The notes under the pieces were generated by a model that was given only the letters and a program-made list of their open reading frames with translations, was not told the DNA's origin and made no database searches. Shown piece after piece: positions 38,560 to 48,621 of a DNA stretch of 64,000 bases (position 1 is the first letter of the stretch; the number at the start of each line of letters is the position of its first letter). Both the position numbers and the translations under genes were made by a program. This DNA is from Emiliania huxleyi CCMP1516 (taxonomy: Eukaryota). The stretch spans positions 296,246 to 360,245 of the forward strand of contig NW_005201231.1 of the NCBI RefSeq assembly GCF_000372725.1. Direction: 5' to 3'.

Positions 38560-39350
38560 TGTCCCTGTCCGGACCCGCCCGTTGGACTCTCCGGGTCACG
38601 AGATAAAGCTCTTCTTGGACAACTCTTTTTGGTTCTCTCGACGGAATATACGCAACACGCCGAGTAATTTAAGGTGGTTCTTGAGAGTTGTATTCTTGAG
38701 AGTTGTGTGAACCAGGCCGCTTCTCTCAAAGTCGCATGAGGCGGCCGCCCGACGCGGCCCTTCAGCCAGCCCTCACAACCCGGGCATGCACCCGCACACC
38801 CTCCTCTCGCGCATGCCGATGCGCTCAGTCGATGCGGTCGTGGTGCTGCAACTCTGCAGCGCTGCGACCGCACCGGTCTCCCGCGTCGCCGCCTTCGGTC
38901 CTGCCGCTCCCGCCAGCTCCGCTGCCCGCCGACGCGGTGGTACGCGCGCTCTCCGGATCCCGTCCGAGGGGCGGAGGCTCGAGCGTTGGTCCCGGGCGAG
39001 CCGCCAGACTCGAAGACGGCACCCCTAACCGCGTCCCCATCCTTAGCTTCTGTTCTTTCCTCCCCGTGAGCCGTCTCTGTCGCGAGACCGCCGAGTGTGT
39101 GCCCTCGTGAGTCCGTCGGGTACTTTTCGCGTATAAAAATTGGCTGCGCGGGCGTTCCATCTGGTGCTACCAACGGCCTGGCGGCCTCGGATCCGGCCTC
39201 GCAGGTCGACGCGAGCGCCAAGGTGGACCTGTCTCCAGCCTCTCGCGCCCCTCTCGGAGCCGTGAGAGGGTGCAGGCCGAAACCACAGCCGCTAACGTCC
39301 GTGTGGCCGAACGGAGCCAAACTTTCGCCGCCGGATCCCGGGCCACGGGT

Positions 39351-39520
39351 AATGGCACCGATCCCGCATTTTCCCCGGGGCTTACTCGACGCTCTTGTGC
39401 CCCGAACTTTCCTCTCCCCGTCCCGAGCACGACCAGAGCTGCTCCGGCGTGGTTTGGAGCGAGGTACGGGTGGCGGCGGGTTCGAGTAAGCCCCGGGGAA
39501 AATGCGGGATCGGCGCCATT
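39351..39520. repeat. 39-bp inverted repeat pair with 92-bp spacer (MITE-like or hairpin)
   Basis: AATGGCACCGATCCCGCATTTTCCCCGGGGCTTACTCGA (39351-39389) matches the reverse complement of 39482-39520 with one mismatch. Confidence 0.85.
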
Positions 39521-39640
39521 CCATAGGTGCTCCAACGCCCTAGCCGGCTCGGGAGCACTGTCCTGCCCGTTATATACGCACCCGCTTACGCTTTTAGGCT
39601 CTCCGGCGGCCTCAGGGGCCTTGCCGAGGGCTGCTCCAGC

Positions 39641-40381
39641 GCGGTCACAGTGCCGTGGAGCCGGCCAGCGTGCTCGCAGCCATGCTGCTGGTGGACCATG
39701 CCCGCCTCCCGCCCGGTGGCTCCAACCACAGCCCGCCTCACCGTCGGCGAAGCACCTCGGGCCCTTCGCGGCTGCGTTGTCTGTCCGGCTCCACGGGGCC
39801 TTTCCGAGACACTTCCGCGCGGGCCGAGGGACTCATCGACCCCTCACATCCCGGAGGGACGGCGCACGCGCTGCCCAGTGACCGGGCGGGTCGGCCCCGA
39901 TTAGGAGCGGCCCCAGCCGGGCGGAGAAGACCATCCCACTCGCGGTGCGTCGCACCGGCCGGTCCGGTTTTCGTCTCGAGCGGGTCGCGAGACGGCCGCG
40001 AGAGCGAGCACCGCGGTCACAGTGCCGTTGAGGCCACGGACGTCGCCGGAGCGGCACTCCCGGGGCGCCACTCCCTCACCCGGTCGGGGGGGGGGCAACC
40101 ACAGCCCGCCTCACCGTCCGTGGAGCTTCCGTGGTCCGCTGCTCCGGCTTCGATTTTCGACCCTCCCGAGGCTGCTAGAGCAGCCCCGCGGAGCCTCCCG
40201 GATGCACCAGCACACCGTCGTCCAGGACGACGGCGCAAGCGCTGCCCAGTGATCGGGCGGGTCGGCCCCGACTAGGGGCGGGCCCAGCCGCGCGGAGAAG
40301 ACCACCGAGCTCGAAACACGTCGCCACGGCCGGCCGTTTCGCAAGCCTGAGCGGGTCGCCAGACACCCGCGAGAGCCAGCA
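39641..40381. repeat. Two diverged ~372-bp tandem units
   Basis: Shared blocks GCGGTCACAGTGCCGT, CAACCACAGCCCGCCTCACCGTC, GCTGCCCAGTGAYCGGGCGGGTCGGCCCCGAYTAGG and GAGCGGGTCGC in the same order. Confidence 0.8.
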
Positions 40382-41084
40382 GCTAGAGCGCCGTCGTAGC
40401 CGCAGATCGAGTCGAGGAGCTTAATGTCCACGGTAGCAGTTGTGGAGAGCGGTGGCGCGGTGCGTGTAGAGGGGTCGATCGAGGGCTCTTTTTCGAAACG
40501 CGACGGGTACGGCATGACAACTGCCAGTACAGTTTTACGCCGGCCAGGGTGAGAGCACAACAGGGAGCCGGCGACCCGTACGCTTTACGCGTGGCGGCCG
40601 GTGGCTGTCTGGAGCTCGTGCGAGCTGGGCCGACGCGTGGCCGAGCCGAGAGGACCAGCGAGCGACCACGTTGGCGATGAAGCTTGGCGGCCGGCGCCTC
40701 GTCGCCAGACGTCACAGCGGCGTGGACGCAGGAGTGTGCGGCGACGAGTACCGGCAAATCCGGCCCGGTGTGGCCGGCAGCTGCATAGCGCTGGCCTGTG
40801 ACCGGCGCCGCGGTGGCGGAAGAGGCGTCTCGCCGCCGTGGCGGCGGTCGGCAGGTGCGAGCGTGACGGCCATCGTGCGGCAGAGTCCGGGCACAATTTA
40901 ACAAAACAACTCTCTCACAGCACACAGGCTCGACACAGGTGCGAACTGGCGCGTGCTAGTACTATCACCGGCGAAGAACCACCTTAAATCGCCCATACGG
41001 TCTTGTGCGTTGTGGTGCGTGTACCGAACTCCGCGCGACGCGGTTCCATTCCGCATTCGGCCGTCGCTGACAACGTGGCAGTTC

Positions 41085-41579
41085 CTATCGCTTCGTAAGG
41101 TACAAGTGCTTCCAGTGAACAGCGACGCGCTGCGACAGTGAGCTGGACAGTTCTCCTGCCAGACGGCGATCATTGGTCACGTACAAGAACGGCACGTCAG
41201 GAGGCTCTGCGCTGTGTAGCTCCTGCGCCCTGGCAACCATGAGGCGGTCGGCCGCGTCGTTGGTGGGATCCGGAGTAGTCTCGTGGAATGCACGCCGGCC
41301 GGCTGCTTGACTACAGAAGTCGTTCACATGTCTAAGCACCTTCTGTCCGCCCGAAGGGTACACAGAGCAGCTGAAGAAGCGCACCTCGAAACTCTGCGGC
41401 ATCTCTGCAATTCGCTGCATGTGCTTTGCCTGGGAAAACTGGTCTGCGTCCACAAGCACAATGACGCGCAATTCGCCCAATGCCGCCTCTGGTGGAACGC
41501 TTGCAGCGGAGGTGGCAGTGGCGCCTTCGTGTAGACGACGCTTAATCTCGTCGAGCCGCCGCCGACATTTGCTGACCAT
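41085..41579 (-). CDS. Stand-alone NYN/PIN-like nuclease domain protein (164 aa)
   Basis: Acidic motifs in PIN/NYN order: VIVLVDADQ, NDAADRLM, FLYVTNDRRLA; intronless. Confidence 0.65.
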   Translation of the reverse strand: MVSKCRRRLDEIKRRLHEGATATSAASVPPEAALGELRVIVLVDADQFSQAKHMQRIAEMPQSFEVRFFSCSVYPSGGQKVLRHVNDFCSQAAGRRAFHETTPDPTNDAADRLMVARAQELHSAEPPDVPFLYVTNDRRLAGELSSSLSQRVAVHWKHLYLTKR

Positions 41580-41829
41580 ATTACACTAGGCGTCGGCGGA
41601 GCCCCGCGACCGGCGAGCGAGTCCGGCGACGGGTGACCGGCGCGGGAGTATGCTGGGGTCGCGAGTAAGCAAGGCGACGCTAACCGGTCTTCTGAATATA
41701 AAATGAACTATAGCACGGGACGCGGCACAAACGGGGCACAAACGCCAGGCTACAAAGACGGGGAGGCACGTAGTGACGCAGGGGAGTCTAGGCGACGGCG
41801 GCGTCCTCCGACGCCGCGGCGAGCCTGAG

Positions 41830-42040
41830 CTCGGTCGCAATCTCTTCCGCCGCCGCGAGGCGCGAGCTGCAGCGCGACTGACATGCGCTGGGCCTGCAGC
41901 GACAGCCACGACCGCGTCGACCAGGTCGCCTCGTCCTCGTGCTGCCGCTTCGAGAGCTTGTTGCGCACCTTGTCCTTCATCTGGTAGAACAGCCGTTTGA
42001 CCGCGTTGCACCACCCGCCGAAGGTTTCAAACAGGTCTAC
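41830..42040 (-). mobile_element. 3' fragment of a non-LTR retrotransposon (restriction-like endonuclease C-terminus, CRE-type)
   Basis: LFETFGGWCNAVKRLFYQM...SWLSLQAQRMSVALQLA resembles the ETFGxW...QRxSVALQ tail of RLE-encoding elements. Confidence 0.55.
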
Positions 42041-43944
42041 TGAAGAAAGAATTTAGAAATTCTTGGCACAGGCCCCTCTCACAGCTGAAGAAAGAAAAGA
42101 AGGAAGACAGGTCTACTGAGGCGGCGCGACCTCGCTGGCCGCGATTTCTTTTCTCCTTAGGTTTTCGAGGTGGATACAGTTGTATATCCTTTGGCCGCGT
42201 TGGGTTCTTTTGAGCTAGCCTTCGATGCGCTCTTGCGCTCCTCGGACCTCGAGCGCAATCCATAAGTAGGAGACGCCCACTGTCGCCATAGATTCTCAGG
42301 CGCCTGATCTCTCTCAGCAAAGCGATGGCCTATACCTGGTACGAGTTCAGATGCGCGCCCGGCAGAAGACAGACGCGTGTGATGCCGCATGCAGTGGAAT
42401 GCGCACAGTCCACAGAGAACGGACGGCAAGAGATGGCAAGGGAAGGAAGAGAAACGGCTGGTGAAGCTCAGTTCATGGCGTAGTATTGCGTAAGCAACCG
42501 CGGTCACTCACCATCCACGGCAAGAGTCACGGTGAATGCTGCCGCATAAAGCAACAGAGTCGACGCGCTTGGCGCGACGGTCTTGTCGCGGTTCACGACT
42601 TGACGTTGCACACGGTCATAGGCGCAGGATCTATTTGGCGAGTCTCAAGCAGCGAAAGTAGGCGCGAGAAATTAATGTCGATCCTGAGATCTCAATTTTG
42701 GCGCTAGTTTCGTTTTCTGGTACATCACGACGACTTGCTTGGGTCTCATGTAGCTCGACGGCTCTTCGACGGCGGGGTCTTTCTGGTTGGATCAGACAGT
42801 GCTATCAGTCAATCGGCGGAGCGCGGGTGCTGCGCTTCTCCCCGCCCGCGACCGGCGAGCGACCGAGTCCGGCGACGGGTCGGTCGGGGTGTGGGGTGAC
42901 CGGCAGTCGCGCTCCCAATACGTGCATCACTTTTGTGACAGGTCTCAGACTTTGAGCGGCCATATCTCGGTAACTATTGATGGTCCACCTGAATGAAAAC
43001 TCTTCGGATTTGGAACGGGCGCCCGGCGCCCGTTCGAATGGCGATGAGTTCTCCGGGGCGGCGCGGGGGGGAGTAGTGTATTGTGTAATTAGGGGGTAGA
43101 CAGCGGAAGAAAGAAAGAAAGAAAGAAAACAGACACGCCAAACGAGGGATGGGACGAGGACAGGGTCCCCACCTGCACGAGCAGGATTTTGGAAGAACGA
43201 TCAGGGGGACAGGTGGGGCTCTCCTGCTCCTGACAGCGGACAGCACCAAGATCCACTAGTTTGGGATTTTTTAATTTGCTTGACTCTGAAAAGCTCGCGC
43301 TGTGGTCGCCGCAGACTGGCTCCGGCTTGACGGGCGCATGGAGACGTGATGCCTCCATGCGCCCGTCGAGTCAAAATCGACATGCGAGGCGAGCTTTGGC
43401 CCGCCAGAGGGATAGGCGGCGTTTTGGGCGACAACAGCGCTGCGACCGCGAAGTGGCAGTGGACATGCTCCCATGTTGCCGACGCGGCGCCGGAGTGGCC
43501 GGCGCTGCTCGCCGCGACCACGACGGCTACTCTGATACTCTGGGCCGACCCGTCCTACCCGACGGTGGCACTCTTCCACGTCTCGCTCATGAGAAAAATT
43601 CTGAAACGGCGTGCAGCAGAGTCACCGACGAGTCGGTCCGCGTGCCTCCTCGTGTCCCAATCCGTTCTCACACATCCATAAACTCACTTTGGCCCCACTG
43701 AAGCCTCAATCCTGTCCACCCCCTACGCGGCGCCCTAGTCGCTAGCGAGTGAAAGCCGTAATGTCTAATGTGGGGCGCCGTCGGCGTCGCGTGGGACCGT
43801 GGGTAAGAGCGGCGCGACAGGTGAGGGTCGGGGGAGGGCGCTGCCGCCCGATTTCTTTTTGTTTATTCTAATGAGAAAAAACTCCTGCGGTTTCCATTGA
43901 GTTTTTCTCTCTTTTTCCGCGAGGCGAGACGAAGGCACCCCCCC

Positions 43945-44199
43945 TCAGATGGCGGCGGCGGCGGCGAGCAGAAGCGCCGCAAACACGCCCGCCGTCCGCG
44001 CCACCTTCGGCCGCCCGCCGTCCGCGTCGCCGCCTCGGCTCGCCTCGCGCTCGCGAAGGGCGGCCAGCTTCGCGCGCAGCGCCGCCAGGCCGCCGCCACC
44101 CTCCCTGGACTCGGGCCCCGCTGCCGCCGCTCCAGGCTCCGAGGCCGCTGCCGTCGCCGCGTCGCCGCTCGCACCTCCTCCTCCTCCTCCTCCGCCGCC

Positions 44200-44238
<39 letters not shown>

Positions 44239-44979
44239 CGCTGCCCTCGCTGGCTCAGGCGCGTGCTGCGGCTTCTCCCAGCTCGTCTCGCCCGACTCCT
44301 CGTTCCAGTAGTACGTGCGGCCGCTCTCCTTGTCCAGTGCGGCGCGCCACGGCGAGGGAGTGTCGGGCGGAGAGCCGCGCGAGGGCGGGGAGGGGGCGCG
44401 GCGCGCGCTGCCACCGCGCGCGGACGCGTCCTCGCGCGCGGCGCGGGAAGGGAGGGGAGGCAGCAGCGCGCGGCCGCGTGCTGCGAGAGACGAGGCGTTG
44501 AGAGCGCGCGGCCTGCGCCGGACCTCCGCCTGAACGACCGCCCGCTCCGCCGCTGCGCCCGCCGCCTTGCCCGCCGCCTGGCCTGCCTCCGCGTCGGCTG
44601 CCTCGTCCGTCGCACGCACCGCCGCCCGATCCACCTTCCGGCCGCGTTGCGGCGCCGCCTCGCCGAGCTCGCCGAGCAGAAGCAGCTCCGACTCGGCCGC
44701 GGCGCGCATGGCGCGGTCGCGCAGCTGGCGGCGGACGCGCTGCGCCCGCGGGTCGCCGGCCGCCGCCGCGTCCGCGGTCGCGCAGTCCAGCCGTAGCCTC
44801 GCCGCCAGCCGGGCCGCGCCGCACCGCAACAGCAGCCGGTGCGTCGCCCGCGCCGGCGGGGCGAGGCGCGCCGTGGCGGCCTCGTGGACGACGTCGCGCA
44901 CCTCCGAGTTGGAGAGGTAGCTCACCTGGACCCTCGAGGGGACAGCGAGCGCGGCGAGCAGGAAAAGCGTGGCAGACAT
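43945..44979 (-). CDS. WW-domain protein with N-terminal signal-like and C-terminal hydrophobic segments
   Basis: MSATLFLLAALAVP...; PWRAALDKESGRTYYWNEESGETSWEKP (WW domain); ends VFAALLLAAAAAI. Confidence 0.75.
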
Positions 44980-44985
44980 GGACAC

Positions 44986-45730
44986 CAGCACCGGCAGACG
45001 AGCCGCCGCCTCCCAGCACCTTCGAGCCGGTACCTGAGCCCCTCGGCGGCGTGAAGCGCTACGCGACCAACTCCGCCGAGTACAGGAAGGCCTTCTGGGA
45101 GGTCTTCCACTCCGTCCCCAAGGCGCGCGCCATGTCCGTGGACGGCGTCAGCTACGAGGAGCTCGAGTTCCTGCACTACTCGGGCCCGGACGTGAGGGAG
45201 ATCCTGTTCGACATCGTGGCCGCCATCAACCAGGGCAGGGTGCACGACAGCGCCGCCGCGCTCTGGGGCGACCTCCAGCTGCTCGGGATCGAGAAGCGAG
45301 ACGACATGGGCAACGTCACCGGCACCCGCCCCATCGGCATCCCTGCAGCCATCCGCCGCCTCGCCAACCGGGTCCTCATGAAACACCGCAGCTCTGACAT
45401 GTGCGACCTGTTTACCGGCCGCACCGCCGACTCGCGCCGCCTCATTGTCGACGACATGCGCGAAATCTGCCGCCGCCCGCTCGCGGAAGGCGGCCTGGGC
45501 ATGTCGGAGGAGGAGGCGGAGGCGCGCGTCAAGGACTGCAACATCCCTCTGCAGGTTGGCGTGGGCCTCGCAGGCGGCGCCGAGGTCGCCGTGCAGCTTC
45601 TGTCAGAGCACCTGCGGCGCAACCCGGGCCACGCCGTCGCCTCGGACGACAAGAAGAACGGCTTCAACTCCATCTCACGAGAGGCCATCTTTGCTGGCCT
45701 GCGTCGCTGGTACCCCGAGCTCATCCCACA
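44986..45730 (+). mobile_element. Truncated reverse-transcriptase fragment of a CRE-like non-LTR retrotransposon
   Basis: SVDGVSYEEL; EK...TRPIGIPAAIRRLANR; PLQVGVGLAGGAE; SDDKKNGFNSISREAI...PELIP. Breaks before the YxDD motif, next to a short (CA)n run. Confidence 0.8.
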
Positions 45731-45894
45731 CTGGGAACCACACACACACACATGCGCCGAGCGCCGGAACTGGTTGCCCCCCACCCGTCGAACACGGCCG
45801 TGTTCGACGCGTGTTCGACGCTCTGCCCCCGTGTTCGACGGGGGTGCTGGACGGCGCGGGGGGCTTGCCCTCCGCGCCGTCCGAGGTTGCGGGG

Positions 45895-46623
45895 ATGGCC
45901 ACCAACCAAGCCGTGGGCGCCGGACCATCGGCCTCCACGGCGGCAACGTCTTCAGCAACCCCAGCTCCTCTGTATGTGCCGCACACCTGGCGCGGCGTGC
46001 CCTATGGAGCGCCGGCGCTGCAGGCGACAAAGCACCGGTTCCCTTGCATTGGCGCGAGGTGTGCCGCTCAGTCGATGATACACGACCCGCCGACCCTCTG
46101 CCAGCCCTACTTCGACTCCAGTCGCGAGCCCGGGGACAGGTACCGCTTTCAGAGGATGTGCGGGGCGTGTTGGAACGCTGGCGCGCAGCTGTGGTACTCG
46201 GCGGCAGAGGCGGCACAGGCGGCTGCGACTGCAGCGGCGGCTGCGAGCGCGGCGGCCATTAGTGCGGAGCTCGACGCGATCCCCGATGCAGTGCTGGAGG
46301 TGGCGGTGCGGCAGGCAGAGGGAGGCGAGGCGGCGGCGGCTTCAGACGACGACGCATTGCCGCCCGACGACAGCTATCTTGCCGCCGCGTCGGGAGACGA
46401 GGCGGAGGACGCCGAGCCGCTGCCGCCGCCGCCGCCGCTACCACCGCCGTCTGACCAGCCGCAGCCGGCGCCCCTCGTCGTGCCACCCCCGCCGCTTCCG
46501 CTCACCGATGAGCAACGGTCGGCCGCACCAGTGGCGTCACCGTCCCATCTCTCCACCGCATCTCCGCAGCCCGAGCCGGAGTACATGTCGACGGACGACG
46601 AGCGTGGCTTGGCCAAGCGGTGA
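45895..46623 (+). CDS. Hypothetical protein with Cys cluster and acidic/proline-rich tail (possibly element-borne)
   Basis: MATNQAVG...FPCIGARC...LCQPYFD...RMCGACWN; open to the stop at 46623. Confidence 0.4.
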   Translation: MATNQAVGAGPSASTAATSSATPAPLYVPHTWRGVPYGAPALQATKHRFPCIGARCAAQSMIHDPPTLCQPYFDSSREPGDRYRFQRMCGACWNAGAQLWYSAAEAAQAAATAAAAASAAAISAELDAIPDAVLEVAVRQAEGGEAAAASDDDALPPDDSYLAAASGDEAEDAEPLPPPPPLPPPSDQPQPAPLVVPPPPLPLTDEQRSAAPVASPSHLSTASPQPEPEYMSTDDERGLAKR

Positions 46624-48621
46624 CGGAGGCGATCGGAGCGCTCCGCGAGGCGGGATGAAGAAGGGGCTCGCTGGTGGCCCTTTTTTGTGTGTCTCGTTTC
46701 GTTTTCCCCGCCGTCTACGTACCGTCTTCCGTGTCCCCGGTGTGGGACAGGGGGGTGGGGGCGCGCGCCCTGCGCGGTACTCTGACTCCTGTCGCATCAG
46801 ACCTCAGCGCCGCAACCCTGTAAAACCGTGTAACAAACGGGTAACCCCCTTACGTCCCGGCGCTCCCTGGAGCTGTAGCCGGCACAAGCGCTACCCCGCA
46901 CACACACCGGCACACGGGGAGAGGGGTCACGCCCTCAGTCCCCGACCAACGGGCAGGCAGCCCTCTCATGCTAGCGGCTAAAGAGCCGTACACGGCTTTA
47001 GCGCCTCGCTATCCTTGCCGTCTCTCCCCGCGGCCTCCGCATACGTTGCGGTCGCGGCGGCGTCACATCACCGCCTTCATCGCCCCCATCGCCTCGAGAA
47101 GTTGCCCATCGACTTGCGGAGGATCTGCAGCGGGGTAAACTCTTGAGGCACGGGACGCCGATCACGCCCCAGTCGTGTCCGGCTTGGATTACAATGTGGG
47201 AGCCGACCGAATTGTCGGGCGCCAGCGTTTCGTCGTCCATCGTGGTCACGGGCATGGGCGGCCCCAGGCGGGAAGCGGACTGCATTGCCCTGCCGAGGTG
47301 GAATTGCTGCTCCTTCAGCACCTCAAAGTGGCCCGTCATCATCCAACACTTCTTGGGCCGCGGGCCGCGTCCTCCGGCGTCATCAGCGCGGGGGAGACAA
47401 GGATGCTCTTGCCGGTCCACTCCTCCTCCGTGAGGTACGTTTTGATGCCGCTCATTTCCAGGTCGCCCCAGAGCGGCGGGCGGTTGTGCTGCCGTTAAGG
47501 AGGTTGCCCGGGTACGAGGCGGGTCCAGCCGTCACTAGTGCCGGGCGTCATCAAGGGCAAGCACAACCTCGAGCACCTCTCCCGAGCCAACGTCGAGTAC
47601 CTGACCCGTGCGCTCCCCCCCCCCTCCAGCACACACCCGCCGCGCCGCTGATCAGGCACCCTTCCCGACGACGGCACCTCGGACACGGCGTCGACGCGGT
47701 TGAAGGCGCACGGGCTGCCAAGCCAGCTGGCCAAGAGCCCCAACCTGCTCTGCGAGGAGTTGCGCGCGCGCGAGGCCGAGTGGCGGCTGCATGCGTCGCT
47801 GCGCGAGGTCAAGTTGACGCGCTACCGCCACGGGCGGGCTCACGCCACAGCGACGCCACGTGCCGCCGGACCGCCACCTCGGTCGTGAGAGCGATTGGGA
47901 GGTCGGGGCCGAGAGTGATAACCTACTCACCTGCCTCGTTTGTCGCATCAGGATCAAGCTCATCCTGAAGATGGAGGGCGGGCACTTCATCTTCCGCGGC
48001 GCCGACGGACGGCGCCCCCGCCTGTCACCGTCTCGGCCCCAGGGGGTGTCAAGTATGTTACATCATAAAGTCGCCGAAGATTGCCGCTCAAGAAGCAGCA
48101 AAGAGAACCGGGAACAGGAGGATGCTGAGGCGGCGATTGGTTTGCTGAGCATGAGGAGGATCGATCGCCCGCCGCAGGCGAAGAAAATTTGGGGCTGCGC
48201 CATATCGTTATCACGGTGCGGGAGCCTCTCTCTGAAACTCGGCCCCAGGCCGTGCCACGTGCCACGGGCACGGCCGACTTAGCCGATGTAAGAGGCTCCC
48301 GCTGATGCCGCGCAAGCACTCCAGCGTGGCTAGCCACACTTAGACCCGCTAGGCCTCGAGGTGTACGAGGCTAGAACTTAGACTACTACCCAACTAGAGT
48401 ACAGTGCTACTGTCGTACTCTGGTTCTCTATATAAGCTACAACACATCTTTTGGGGTTCTTGTTCTGCACCGCGCAGCGTGGAGTCTGTGTGCTCTTGGG
48501 CGCGTTTACGGTTTCCCCCCGCCCGTCTCTGGAGGTCGCCTTCGTTCACGATCCTCTCGAAACGATAGACAATACACAATGATTCAAGCCCAGTGCTGAC
48601 GCAGAGCGTGCTGCGTGGTTA

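Noticed and set aside
38208..39524. 438-aa minus-strand ORF
   Set aside because: No domain signal; crosses the inverted repeat and the ELP3 last exon; expected by chance at this GC content.
46980..48300. Protein-like fragments in both orientations (possible decayed transposase)
   Set aside because: Many frame breaks and no catalytic motif I can identify.
48345..48396. Hairpin followed by CTAG, like a Helitron 3' end
   Set aside because: Single instance with no matching 5' end or second copy in the window.
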